This document shows positions 9,646 to 19,347 of a stretch of 38,319 nucleotides of DNA, piece by piece; the first letter of the stretch is position 1; each line of letters begins with the position of its first letter. The translations under genes were made by a program, and so were the position numbers. The notes below the pieces were generated by a model, which ran no database searches, had not been told where the DNA came from, and saw nothing but the letters and a program-made list of their open reading frames with translations. Source of the stretch: a virus (taxonomy: Duplodnaviria; Caudoviricetes); the IMG/VR virus record IMGVR_UViG_3300025324_000023, positions 1-38,319 of that record; one strand, written 5' to 3'.

Positions 9646-10201
9646 GACCTCTCACTCGCTGAGCGTAAGCTTCCACATGTCCCGCTTCATCCATGACTTG
9701 ATTAACCACATATTCATCATTCCCAGCGATCCAATTCTCCGGCCTAATTCGATCACCTTGTTGTATATCACGCCCACACGCAAAATAGAATCGATGACTC
9801 GATGATTGCATCTGGCCAATTGCTTGTGTTGCCAGAGAACCAGGAGAAATGGGCTGCATTTCCGAATTAAAGCTTCCGACCGATTGCCAATCATCTGTTG
9901 CAATTCCGGTATCACTATAAGTCGGAAAATTTCTGACGACGGAAACAGTTTGTCCCCATAAATCGGTATCAATTAAATCAACCGTATCATTGGCCAAACC
10001 GCTGTATTTGGATTGACAATGACTTGAAATTGCAAGAACATTTGGAATACTTAAGGTCAAGGTCAATGGTGAAACGACTGCCGTATGTTGAACGTAACTT
10101 GCCGTTACTGTCGCAATTGTAAATAGTGCAACAACCGGAGAAACAGCAGCGGTAAATACTCCAGGTGCTTTAAGAATAGGTCTTTTTAAAAAAGAAAACA
10201 T
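9638..10201 (-). CDS. Head closure / head-tail adaptor-like protein with N-terminal extension
   Basis: The C-terminal half 'GQTVSVVR...SHRFYF...DIQQGDRI...YVVNQV...HVE' resembles head-closure proteins. Confidence 0.6.
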   Translation of the reverse strand: MFSFLKRPILKAPGVFTAAVSPVVALFTIATVTASYVQHTAVVSPLTLTLSIPNVLAISSHCQSKYSGLANDTVDLIDTDLWGQTVSVVRNFPTYSDTGIATDDWQSVGSFNSEMQPISPGSLATQAIGQMQSSSHRFYFACGRDIQQGDRIRPENWIAGNDEYVVNQVMDEAGHVEAYAQRVRGHG

Positions 10202-10202
10202 T

Positions 10203-10964
10203 TTAAATCACCCCTGGATAACCTTTCGGTGCCAGTAAATATAAATATTGCATTTCTTCCGCACTTAAAGCTCGATACATAATGCGAACATCATCAATTT
10301 GCCCTGTATAATCAAGAGTAGTTATCGTCCCGTATCTTCCTATTTGAGGACCAAGATTTCCATAAATATCACCATAACCGGCACCGATATTTTCCGTACC
10401 GGTTAAGGCTCCATCAACATATATTTTTATGTTCGTTCCATCTCGAACCCCTGCAATAAATCGCCAGGTATTATCGTTTAAATTAGTTATACTGGAATTG
10501 ACCGTTATATCAGCCGTATTATCATCAACAATAAATTGAGGTCTCCCGGAAACACTAAGATTCATTTCTAGCGCAAACCATTGTCCTTCGGTTGTTTCAT
10601 AATTAGCAATGATAGCTTGCCTGGTAGTATCGGATGTTTTTATCCAACAACAGACCGAAAAATCATTATTGTCTATACGAATATAATTTGGAATTGAGAC
10701 ATAATCATCAGAAGCATCTAGAAAACTTAATGATCCCCAACTGCCAGATCTGTCTCTTCCTTTCCAATCAGCAGCGGTTAAATTAAATATATCTCCATGA
10801 TTCCTATTGGTTAAATCACGGAATATGTTTCCACCTCTACTATTGGGCGTCACCATCCACCAACCAGCCAAACTTCTATTCAATGGATGATTCATATTAA
10901 CGGGTCGAGCCCAATTAATTAATCTTGGATCACGTAATTTAGGCATTATAAACATCCAAAACAA
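10203..10964 (-). CDS. LamG / concanavalin A-like lectin domain virion protein
   Basis: 'FSVCCWIK', 'NDNTWRFIAGVRDG..IKIYVDG', 'GQIDDVRIMYRALSAEE'. Confidence 0.85.
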   Translation of the reverse strand: MFWMFIMPKLRDPRLINWARPVNMNHPLNRSLAGWWMVTPNSRGGNIFRDLTNRNHGDIFNLTAADWKGRDRSGSWGSLSFLDASDDYVSIPNYIRIDNNDFSVCCWIKTSDTTRQAIIANYETTEGQWFALEMNLSVSGRPQFIVDDNTADITVNSSITNLNDNTWRFIAGVRDGTNIKIYVDGALTGTENIGAGYGDIYGNLGPQIGRYGTITTLDYTGQIDDVRIMYRALSAEEMQYLYLLAPKGYPGVI

Positions 10965-10976
10965 TCTCGAATTGGA

Positions 10977-11531
10977 TCACTGAATTTCGTCTGTCACGGG
11001 AGTTAGTCTGACACTCATTTCAACCGCATCGGCTATGAATGCTTGGCTTGCATCATTTTGAACGACAATCATTCCATATTGTTGCTCTGGTATGAAAACA
11101 CCAAGATGGCCGATATGAATATCGGCGTCATTCGAAACCGGAATTGATCCGATAAAAATTAGTTGATTAATGGCTTCATCAGCATCACCAGCCGCCACAC
11201 CATAACCATAATAATCACCATCTGCTCCAGCTAGATTCCCAGGATTGCCAGTACCGGCTGTTGCAGAATGTGAAAATCCGATCCAGACCTTAACCGTTCC
11301 GCCGGCAGTCGGAGCCACGGAATATTCAAATGCGCCCGTAACAGCCCACATGGCAGCCCGTGTCGCCCCTAGGTTAAATTTCGTGCTTTGTTTATAACCG
11401 CCCGCAATGGTTGAAGTCAAATCAATCTGATCCGTTCTTGTTCCTAGATTATTACCAGCCGCCGGCGCATGATCGGTAGTATCAGCTAAAATGATCGATG
11501 TTCCTGTTTTTATTAAACTTTCATTTGCCAT
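10977..11531 (-). CDS. Hypothetical virion structural protein
   Basis: 184 aa, Gly/Ala/Thr-rich, GGAGG SD, in the neck cluster. Confidence 0.55.
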   Translation of the reverse strand: MANESLIKTGTSIILADTTDHAPAAGNNLGTRTDQIDLTSTIAGGYKQSTKFNLGATRAAMWAVTGAFEYSVAPTAGGTVKVWIGFSHSATAGTGNPGNLAGADGDYYGYGVAAGDADEAINQLIFIGSIPVSNDADIHIGHLGVFIPEQQYGMIVVQNDASQAFIADAVEMSVRLTPVTDEIQ

Positions 11532-11556
11532 TTAAACCTCCATGGAATTGTTTGTG

Positions 11557-11862
11557 TCATCCATAAATTCCGCCTGCAATTAAAGCTGTAACCGCACTAT
11601 CTACATTAGTCTGAATAACCGCATCGGAAGATGACTCTATTTGCGATTTTGTTGCAGATGAATTTGCAGCAAGAATATAATTGAATATTTTATCTGCTTC
11701 AGGAATCGGATTAATGAATGCTTTGTTCGAAAATGAAACCTGAGCGGTGGTCGGGGTTGCCCCATCCAGAAGTGATTGAGCTTTTTTTATAACAGCAACC
11801 GCTATTTTATTTCGAATAGATGAGTTTGAACTGATATCATAAATTTCAGAATAAGTCGCCAT
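11557..11862 (-). CDS. Hypothetical protein (probably structural)
   Basis: ORF track gives 11557..11898; the GGAGGAG SD favours the ATG at 11862 (MATYSE...). Confidence 0.6.
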   Translation of the reverse strand: MATYSEIYDISSNSSIRNKIAVAVIKKAQSLLDGATPTTAQVSFSNKAFINPIPEADKIFNYILAANSSATKSQIESSSDAVIQTNVDSAVTALIAGGIYG

Positions 11863-11901
11863 GATGAAATCTCCTCCGTTTTGTAAATTAGTTTCCAAAT
11901 C

Positions 11902-12339
11902 CTAGCTTAATTGTAAAATTCCTTCGCTATTCCAGGGGATATCAATTTGCGTCGCTGTTGATGGAATATCTGCCGTGAAATCGACAAAACAAATGGGAAT
12001 AGAATCCGTATCATCCGTTACATGTTTATATACAAGCACTCCCTGAATATCGCGTGATGCATTCCCACCCAGACCTGTAAAGGAAACATCATTCGCGTCG
12101 AATTCAGCTCGATCATTGGTATCATCCGTATTGACTGCTTCTCCGGTTAAAGCGACTCTCGCATAACCGGAAGAATTACATTCATCCAAAGTCGTGATGG
12201 CAGACACAGTATCAACATCAGTATCCGTATCTGCTGTTGTATTCGTCATGAGAAGTGCACAGCGGATATCATGCGAATTCAAATCAATCGTTCCATCCAT
12301 TAAACCGGATTTTGCTATGTTAAATACTAAACTTGCCAT
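11902..12339 (-). CDS. Hypothetical virion structural protein
   Basis: 145 aa, acidic and Thr-rich; AAGGAG SD; the pattern 'GYARVAL', 'FDANDVSF', 'IPWNSEGILQL' is common in phage minor structural proteins. Confidence 0.6.
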   Translation of the reverse strand: MASLVFNIAKSGLMDGTIDLNSHDIRCALLMTNTTADTDTDVDTVSAITTLDECNSSGYARVALTGEAVNTDDTNDRAEFDANDVSFTGLGGNASRDIQGVLVYKHVTDDTDSIPICFVDFTADIPSTATQIDIPWNSEGILQLS

Positions 12340-12407
12340 ATAAAAATCTCCTTGGAAACAGTCATTTCTTTTCCGTTGTAAAAGACATACGTGGAAACAT
12401 ATTTAAT

Positions 12408-12701
12408 TCACTGATCTCCAATTAATTCTGTTTCGTTAAATCCGGTTCCGTCTTTTACGGAATAGCCATGATCCCTAATTGTTATTGACGGTATTTTGTT
12501 CAATAATTTCTGATACATTTCACGCATTTCAATCAATTGCTTAAGGCGACCCGTTCCATCGACAGTTTTTGAACCAATCGTATAACTCAAGTTGGCTACA
12601 TTTCCGGCTCCCGATGTAGCTAGTTCACTAATAACAGTAGCAATCGCCGTATCAATATCATTTATTTTTGTGATGATCTGATCTTGGGTCAGTTCCGCCA
12701 T
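12408..12701 (-). CDS. Head-tail joining protein (lambda gpW-like)
   Basis: 97 aa; helix, then 'SYTIGSKTVD' hairpin, then 'LKQLIEMREMY' helix. Confidence 0.6.
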   Translation of the reverse strand: MAELTQDQIITKINDIDTAIATVISELATSGAGNVANLSYTIGSKTVDGTGRLKQLIEMREMYQKLLNKIPSITIRDHGYSVKDGTGFNETELIGDQ

Positions 12702-12705
12702 TCTG

Positions 12706-13530
12706 TTATCCTTCTACCGTTTCCTTTTTCAACGCTTCATCAATTTTTTCCCAGGCGATTTTCATTCCCTTAAAATTGTCTTTCTCTGACTGCCACACCT
12801 CGGGCACGAAACCGATTGGCATTGGTTCAAAATATCGGAGGATACTTCTCCAATCTAAATCGCCCGTATCCATTTGAAGTCCTTCCCCGTCAACTCCCTT
12901 TGCATCCGATATGTGCATATGTGCCGTTACTGGACGAACCATCTGGGCGAATTTCATGATTGATATTTCATTCTCAATTGAATTTACGAATAAGCTCGCA
13001 TGGCAAATATCAAAACAAAAACCGTATCCTAATCCTGATGCAAAATCGATGCAGTCGCGCGGGTTCATAAAGATGTTTCCATACCAATTCCCCCCATAAA
13101 AAACGCAGTTTGGAGGAAGATTCTCAAGCAACAGATCCACTCCCAGCGAGTTGATCTCGCTCAACGATCTTCCAAGTTGCTCATACATCTCCCGTTTCTG
13201 CAAAGCGTTCGTTGGCTCGATACTAATACCCCCAGGATGGAGCACGGATTTTGGCGTTCCGCGAAACCGCTTGCTCCAATTGCGGGTCACGTTCATTGCA
13301 TTGTTATAGAACTTCACCGCCTGAATTCGTTTCTTCTCATCCAGGGAAGACACATCTATAAGTTCAGATTGATCATATTCTGGAAGATGTACAACTAGAG
13401 GAAGATTGTAGTCTTTGTTAAATTCTTTCTTGAGATCTTCCGAGCTTGCGTGAATCTCAATCAGTTCAGGTTTAAATATGTCAATAACCTGGTCGATATC
13501 GTGTGGCCTTGCTTTGCATCCTCGTTTCAT
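12706..13530 (-). CDS. Xylose isomerase-like (AP endonuclease 2) TIM-barrel protein, NeuB-associated
   Basis: Motifs EIH, VVHLP, LENLPP, CFDICH, HMHISDA..DGEGLQ, FVPEVWQ. Resembles the C-terminal domain of long NeuB fusion proteins; overlaps the neuB stop (TAATG). Confidence 0.8.
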   Translation of the reverse strand: MKRGCKARPHDIDQVIDIFKPELIEIHASSEDLKKEFNKDYNLPLVVHLPEYDQSELIDVSSLDEKKRIQAVKFYNNAMNVTRNWSKRFRGTPKSVLHPGGISIEPTNALQKREMYEQLGRSLSEINSLGVDLLLENLPPNCVFYGGNWYGNIFMNPRDCIDFASGLGYGFCFDICHASLFVNSIENEISIMKFAQMVRPVTAHMHISDAKGVDGEGLQMDTGDLDWRSILRYFEPMPIGFVPEVWQSEKDNFKGMKIAWEKIDEALKKETVEG

Positions 13531-14585
13531 TAGTTTTCTCCCTTTTTCCCATAAGTCAATTCAGTTTCAAAAACAGGTTCACCGGCCCTGACGGGCTTGG
13601 TCGTCACCAAGTGCATATCCACAAACTTGGGGCCTTTGTAGACCGGAACACCATAGCCTGGGCTCGAAGCCATGAACGAATGTGCGCCTACTGGCGAATC
13701 CGCCCCAAGATCCTGAGCCCAGGTTAAAATCTTCCCCAATGTCTCCCTGGCCATATACTCGCCACGATTAACAACCTTCTTATCACCCAATGCCTCTTCA
13801 ACGGCCCTAATGTGCCTTACAAGCGTCTCTAGGCCGTGTGGTTCAAGGCTAGCAGCATGATCTGGCCCGGGAAGGGTTCTATCAAGGGTAAAGTGGCGCT
13901 CAATCATCACTGCCCCCAGTGCTACCGCCGCTACCGTGATAGGAATACCCCTCTCATGGCCAGAAAAGCCAATAGGTAAATTGTATTTTTGACGCATCTT
14001 TACCATATAATTTAGATTTATATCTTTATTGGATGTAGGATAGCTAGAAACACAATGCATCAACGCCAATCGATCAGGGAAAAGTGTTTTGTAATAAGGA
14101 ATCAATTCGTCAAGCTCATCCTCGTAATGCATTCCTGTTGAAATTATCACAGGCTTACCAGTTTTCGCCAAATACTCCATGTGAAAAATATCGGAGAATA
14201 GAGCACTCGGCACTTTATAGGCCTCGACCCCGAGTGATTCCAGGAATTCTATCGAAGGGATATCCCACGGTGAGCAAAAATAAGGAATGCCTATTTCATC
14301 ACAATGCTTTTTCAGCCGGATGTGTTCGACCTCGGTCAACTCGCATTTCTCAAGGATAGGAATATAAACCCCAAGAGAATGAGCCGAATCAGAAGGATTT
14401 TCAAGAACGGGTTTTCTGTAAAGATGTTTGAGCGACCGTTTTTGGAACTTTACGATGGTAGCTCCTTTTTCTTTTGCAATATCAATCATTTCAATAGCAC
14501 GTTGATAAGAACCATTGTGATTCAGACCGATCTCACAAATAATAATCGCATTGTCTTTACCGACCGTTTTTCCAAAAATATTCAT
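13530..14585 (-). CDS. neuB: N-acetylneuraminate/nonulosonate synthase (NeuB family)
   Basis: EIGLNHNG, VKFQKR, KPVIISTGM, LMHCVSSYP, IGFSGHERG, IERHFTLDRTLPGPDHAASLEP; C-terminal SAF-like segment. Confidence 0.95.
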   Translation of the reverse strand: MNIFGKTVGKDNAIIICEIGLNHNGSYQRAIEMIDIAKEKGATIVKFQKRSLKHLYRKPVLENPSDSAHSLGVYIPILEKCELTEVEHIRLKKHCDEIGIPYFCSPWDIPSIEFLESLGVEAYKVPSALFSDIFHMEYLAKTGKPVIISTGMHYEDELDELIPYYKTLFPDRLALMHCVSSYPTSNKDINLNYMVKMRQKYNLPIGFSGHERGIPITVAAVALGAVMIERHFTLDRTLPGPDHAASLEPHGLETLVRHIRAVEEALGDKKVVNRGEYMARETLGKILTWAQDLGADSPVGAHSFMASSPGYGVPVYKGPKFVDMHLVTTKPVRAGEPVFETELTYGKKGEN

Positions 14586-14590
14586 TTTAA

Positions 14591-15628
14591 TTACCCATTA
14601 CCAAAAACATGAAGCCCAAATTTATAAAAATAAATATTCGTCTTATTCGAATTTGGATTCATGTAATTAACAACAATGATATTTCCATCATCTAATTGGC
14701 AAGCACCTGTATATCCTTGATCACCTGATACATTTTCGCAGTGATCAAGTGGAGCAAATAACATATTTTGATAACAAAGAGGTGAAAACAATGAATGCGG
14801 TGATATTAATGCCATCATTGTGTTTTGATTGGCTCCACCACCAAAATAGGGACGAAAGGAAGAAAAATAACGACCATCTATCAATCGAAATAAATTTGGA
14901 CGATGACATCCGGCTGGAAGAATAAAATAATCTGGTTTTGTCCATGATCCAGAATCTAGATAACTCCGTTTTCCCTGTCTCCTCCAATTATCTGATCTCA
15001 TAATAACAACAGGAACGCCTAATGATGAAAAAATTATTTCCCCTTCCGTCAATGAACAAGATTCATCTTCTATCGTATTATTATTCTCTGTTAATTCATC
15101 AGATTTAATATCAACAACAAATTTATTCTTAGATAAATCAAATTTCGATATAGAAATATATCGAGTATTTTTATCATTAAATGAAATAGATGGGCATATG
15201 CCTCTTTCATCAATGTGTTCATTTTTTAAAATTTCAATCCCACTATTTTTGGGAACCAACGAAAGAAGTCTAATCCGGCATGAATTATTATCATACATAC
15301 TATTGAAATCAGGAAATGATTTGACAAGAGGCAACTCATCCACAATAACGACGAAAAGATTGTCTAATTTAGAAATTGCCATTCTTGGACTATTCCATGA
15401 ATATCCATTTTCAGAAGATAATCTCAAAACCTCTTTCCAATGTTCTCCTTCATCTATCGAAAGACAAAAAATAAGTTCATTTTGTCCACGCCTTGTATGA
15501 TTAATTGCCGTAATGAAACAACATAATATATGCTTCCCAATACGATCCACATCTGGGAAAAAAAGCCCGTATTGGTTATCTGTCGCAAGCAATCTTCTTT
15601 CAATAGCAATCATTTGATACCTCGACAT
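14591..15628 (-). CDS. Sialidase/BNR-repeat beta-propeller protein
   Basis: N-terminal FPDV (FRIP-like), Asp-box SIDEGEHW, degenerate YLDSGSW, HRP, and GDQGY near the C-terminus. Confidence 0.7.
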   Translation of the reverse strand: MSRYQMIAIERRLLATDNQYGLFFPDVDRIGKHILCCFITAINHTRRGQNELIFCLSIDEGEHWKEVLRLSSENGYSWNSPRMAISKLDNLFVVIVDELPLVKSFPDFNSMYDNNSCRIRLLSLVPKNSGIEILKNEHIDERGICPSISFNDKNTRYISISKFDLSKNKFVVDIKSDELTENNNTIEDESCSLTEGEIIFSSLGVPVVIMRSDNWRRQGKRSYLDSGSWTKPDYFILPAGCHRPNLFRLIDGRYFSSFRPYFGGGANQNTMMALISPHSLFSPLCYQNMLFAPLDHCENVSGDQGYTGACQLDDGNIIVVNYMNPNSNKTNIYFYKFGLHVFGNG

Positions 15629-16251
15629 ACAGCCAATAGAAAATCATGTGGTATATTCCATTTCTTCTGATCATCGAATTTAATATCCTTGAAATAAGTC
15701 GATAGAAAATCCTGAAACTCTGATTTTGTAAATTCATGTTCATGATACTCAGTCCAAATGACATTTGTCCCCTTTTTGATAGGCGTTGTGATCAACAAAA
15801 GAGCATCTTCTTTTCTAAAGAAAGCGTTTTTCATCCCAGCCATAAATGCGTGCTGATTTTCTTCTGATAGATGTTCAATAACTTCAATACAAACAATGGT
15901 ATGGAATCTGGATGGATTCGCCATATAATCTTGAAGTGTAGAGACGCCATATTTGATTCGTTTTTCATTAAGTGATTCAGCTTTGTAGATTGCATATTCG
16001 ATTGCTTCCGCTGATTGATCAATAGCCATTACTTTAAGACAATTGTTCAGTAAAATATAATCTCCATAGCCAGAACCACATCCAGCATCTAGTATATCCA
16101 TTTCACTCGTCAGATAATTAGCCGCCCACTTATAACGGTTGATATGGCGACGATACAAAGCCATTCCATGCTTCATCATGTGATCAACATAGAATCTCTC
16201 TTTCGTGAATGCGGGCCTTGGTCTTCCTCTCATCGTTTCCGTCTCAATCAT
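15610..16251 (-). CDS. Class I SAM-dependent methyltransferase
   Basis: 'HINRYKWA', ILDAGCGSGYG, 'CIEVIEHL', 'ITTP', 'HEHEF'. Confidence 0.9.
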   Translation of the reverse strand: MIETETMRGRPRPAFTKERFYVDHMMKHGMALYRRHINRYKWAANYLTSEMDILDAGCGSGYGDYILLNNCLKVMAIDQSAEAIEYAIYKAESLNEKRIKYGVSTLQDYMANPSRFHTIVCIEVIEHLSEENQHAFMAGMKNAFFRKEDALLLITTPIKKGTNVIWTEYHEHEFTKSEFQDFLSTYFKDIKFDDQKKWNIPHDFLLAVCRGIK

Positions 16252-18002
16252 TTCATCTCCAATATTTTTTCTATCTGTCCATTCGCTATATGATGTCTTG
16301 TCTCCATGAATTGATCTTCCGTTAACTCTCCGTAATTCAAGATTCGCCCCTGCTGATCTTTCATAATTTTATCTGCATCGTCCAACTCTAGAACATAATA
16401 TTTCAGATTGTCGTCGATGATCGGGCTCCCGAATTGATCGTAATTGATTCCGAAATTATCATGAAGTTTTTGCCGAACGGTTGGATGCTTGAACATTTCC
16501 GTTCCCGGATAACTAGTTGCTATGAACATATTTTTATTCACCGAATCAGGGGCATCGCCAAACTGGGAATAAAATTCCTGTTGCCATAAAATAAAGGCGA
16601 CAGTCGTCTTAAGCTGTTCCAGCGTCTCTCCTGGATAGGCCTCTATAAACGTGCAATTAGAATGGATTCCAGCATATTTTGTGTTCTTTATTCCCTCGAC
16701 CATCGTTCGCGGAAATTCGAATCCCCGCCAGTTGACGAATCCGTTGACCAATATGAATCCACCTTTTCCCATGTTTTCGAGAGTTGTTTTATGTGCGCTT
16801 TCAGCTCCGAATCCGATATAGATACATCCCGACTTTGCCATAGAATTGACCCGCAGTGGATTATTGATGACATAACCTGGGCCATGTTTATTCGGACCGA
16901 GATCTGCGGCTTCATCCAAACGCGCATGAGTTCCCCATCTAATGTTTGAGTTTTGTATGAGAGGAATGAAATAGGGTTCCATGTCGAAGATACGTTGTCT
17001 TTTGACGGCGAAATTATCATCTGTTACTCCAATAAAGTCGACATTATATTGATCAATGTAATGAACAAATTCAGTGGCTAAATTTTCAGCTGATCGAATC
17101 GAATAATTTCGCTCACCTGTTGATCCACGGAAACAAAAATGACATGCATGTGGACAACCTCGGCTGGAAACTGTATTGATCGACCGCTTCATTGTGAATG
17201 GCGTCGCGCTTGAGTTATTGGCTTTGAGTCCCCATATCTCATTTTTGATATAGGTTTCTAGAACCGGAAATCCATTCACATCTTTTTCTAGAAGATCATA
17301 GGCTGGAAACGGAAGATCATCTAGATTCTTAGGACGCCCGCCGTCATAGAGAAATCGATACTTTGATCCAGCTAGACCGAGACAATAGGGATCGAGACTC
17401 CCTGAGAGATAAGCCCCATGTTGACCGAGACGTTTGATTTGAACAGCATCGTATGTCATCTTGATAATCGAGAGATCGCCCTCCGAGTGGGCCACGCCAT
17501 CGAGTTCCGGTATCCACTGGAAAAGACCTTCTTTGAATTCAGTTGCCAGACCATTCCCCGTTACCAGGAAAACATCCGGCATGAGATTCCTGACAATTTT
17601 GGCAATAACCATTTGCCATCTAAGAGTTGTAATCATGCCTGACATGGCCACCATATCCGGCATCCCATGGGCACGGATGTGTCCTCGAATGAGATCCGCC
17701 GCCTCAACCTCATTTATCGTTCGCCCGTTTTTAAGTCCACGCAGATCTGCATTCATATCTTTGAATCGATAAGCATTTAAATCGATCATTGTTGGGATGG
17801 CTTCCCATTGTCGCAACATGGAAGCTAGCAAGGCAGGTCCGAGAGGTAAACAGTTTGGGACTGCTGTTTCCCGAAGGGGCATATTGATAAAAAGAATTTT
17901 GGCGTTCTTTATACAGTTACGATCTAGTTTATCGACGATATTGCCAGGATAGACATAAGATTTTACATTAGTAAGAACAGAAGGCATAGGAATCCTTCGC
18001 AT
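16248..18002 (-). CDS. Cobalamin-binding radical SAM protein (class B methyltransferase-like)
   Basis: N-terminal B12-binding 'PLGPALLASML', 'LDDLPFPAYDL', SRGCPHACHFC (CxxxCxxC), 'DDNF', 'GAES', 'PGET', 'YPGT'. Confidence 0.9.
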   Translation of the reverse strand: MRRIPMPSVLTNVKSYVYPGNIVDKLDRNCIKNAKILFINMPLRETAVPNCLPLGPALLASMLRQWEAIPTMIDLNAYRFKDMNADLRGLKNGRTINEVEAADLIRGHIRAHGMPDMVAMSGMITTLRWQMVIAKIVRNLMPDVFLVTGNGLATEFKEGLFQWIPELDGVAHSEGDLSIIKMTYDAVQIKRLGQHGAYLSGSLDPYCLGLAGSKYRFLYDGGRPKNLDDLPFPAYDLLEKDVNGFPVLETYIKNEIWGLKANNSSATPFTMKRSINTVSSRGCPHACHFCFRGSTGERNYSIRSAENLATEFVHYIDQYNVDFIGVTDDNFAVKRQRIFDMEPYFIPLIQNSNIRWGTHARLDEAADLGPNKHGPGYVINNPLRVNSMAKSGCIYIGFGAESAHKTTLENMGKGGFILVNGFVNWRGFEFPRTMVEGIKNTKYAGIHSNCTFIEAYPGETLEQLKTTVAFILWQQEFYSQFGDAPDSVNKNMFIATSYPGTEMFKHPTVRQKLHDNFGINYDQFGSPIIDDNLKYYVLELDDADKIMKDQQGRILNYGELTEDQFMETRHHIANGQIEKILEMK

Positions 18003-18747
18003 TCATTGTATGATTCGAATAAATTAATTTGGCCGGTATTTTTTTTGAAAGATAATGCTCTGCAATTAAAATATCTTCCAGCGTATCTATCTCTAGACTG
18101 CTTATTTGGTCCATGACATATGGGATAGTTGATTTTGTAAAAAGCTGAGAATTTATTTCTTTCTTTAAAATAACATCTTTTGGGATGATATATATAGCAC
18201 CATTCGCTCTATAATCAATAGGTTGATTTTGACTTTGATAAAAAAGTTCGCCATATGGATGTTTGCATTTCAAGAATCCATTCGATTGTATTTCCATTAG
18301 CCCATAAGGTCTATAAAGAACAGGGCAAACGCTCATCAATGTTTTCATTGAACTATTATTTTTGCGCCCATTGCTTGTTTTCCAGATAGTAATAGCTTGT
18401 TTAATGTGATCAGCTTTTCGAAGAGGACTTGTCGGATAAAGAACACAGATATCTTTTTCATCAAATCTCAATAATCTTGCGGCATCAAAAATGACATCTG
18501 ACATCTTCGATTTATCTGAACATAGATCATCCTTTCGTTTATCCCAATTAAATCCATACTTTTTCGCAATACTTATAATCGTTTCATCATCCGTCGAAAC
18601 GTAAACAGATCCAGTATAAGATTCATCTTTAATCACATCGGAAACAACATCAAGGGTATATTCTATTAGAGATTTCCCTAATATTTTAAATGTATTTTTA
18701 TTGGGAATTCGTTTTGAATCTTTTCTGGCCGGAATGAAATAAATCAT
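17968..18747 (-). CDS. neuA: CMP-nonulosonate synthetase (acylneuraminate cytidylyltransferase)
   Basis: IPARKDSKRIPNKN, VSTDD, LYPTSPLR, NGAIYI, SLEIDTLED. Confidence 0.92.
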   Translation of the reverse strand: MIYFIPARKDSKRIPNKNTFKILGKSLIEYTLDVVSDVIKDESYTGSVYVSTDDETIISIAKKYGFNWDKRKDDLCSDKSKMSDVIFDAARLLRFDEKDICVLYPTSPLRKADHIKQAITIWKTSNGRKNNSSMKTLMSVCPVLYRPYGLMEIQSNGFLKCKHPYGELFYQSQNQPIDYRANGAIYIIPKDVILKKEINSQLFTKSTIPYVMDQISSLEIDTLEDILIAEHYLSKKIPAKLIYSNHTMNAKDSYAFCSY

Positions 18748-19052
18748 GGGGTTACAAATCCAATACAGTTAAGCGTTTGGTTTCCAGCACTGATATCGAT
18801 CACCATCGATTCGTTGTCATTTGTATAGAGAGGATCTGTATCAGGCCAATTTAAATCAATATTTTCATCGGCTGTAAGACCAAGTTGAAAAACAGTTGTG
18901 CTTCCACTCTTTACGGTAAGAGTAGCAGCTCCATCTGTTTCTCCTGAGAGATGGGTAAGACAATTCCTTTTCCCGGCTCCTGGTGCAGCAATGGTTATAG
19001 TCGATGTTCCAGTTTGCCTGATTTTTGATGACTTTTGTATTAATTGGTACAT
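18744..19052 (-). CDS. Hypothetical protein (small, beta-rich, possibly structural)
   Basis: 102 aa, AGGAG SD, ATGA overlap with neuA. Confidence 0.55.
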   Translation of the reverse strand: MYQLIQKSSKIRQTGTSTITIAAPGAGKRNCLTHLSGETDGAATLTVKSGSTTVFQLGLTADENIDLNWPDTDPLYTNDNESMVIDISAGNQTLNCIGFVTP

Positions 19053-19080
19053 GGAAATCTCCTGTCAACAAAACAAAATC

Positions 19081-19347
19081 TCAATTAAAAAATAATTTTA
19101 ACGTCCGTGATGCTAAAGGTCGCATTTGAACAACCACCGGTTTATCGTGATAATAAATCTGAAAAATATTCCCACCTCCACATAATAAATCTCCGTTTGT
19201 ATTTTTTTTATTCATATCGACACGAGCTTTACTTTCAATATCATGAATTGGGAACTCCGACATCGACCGACCAGCCTTTAAATCATTCCGTATTTGATCC
19301 GAACACCATCGTTGGGCAGCCAATTGATCAGGATGTTTTGTCTGCAT
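19081..19347 (-). CDS. Hypothetical protein
   Basis: 88 aa ORF continuing the operon. Confidence 0.5.
   Translation of the reverse strand: MQTKHPDQLAAQRWCSDQIRNDLKAGRSMSEFPIHDIESKARVDMNKKNTNGDLLCGGGNIFQIYYHDKPVVVQMRPLASRTLKLFFN

Noticed and set aside
12706-18747. Host capsule/LPS locus joined by misassembly or passive transduction
   Set aside because: The genes are co-oriented and overlap or abut phage genes at both ends, the Maf genes are dispersed among virion genes, and no flippase, polymerase or export genes are present. Read mapping would be the final check.
18744-19052. P-loop in 'APGAGKR'
   Set aside because: The protein is only 102 aa and beta-rich, with no S/T after the Lys and no Walker B.
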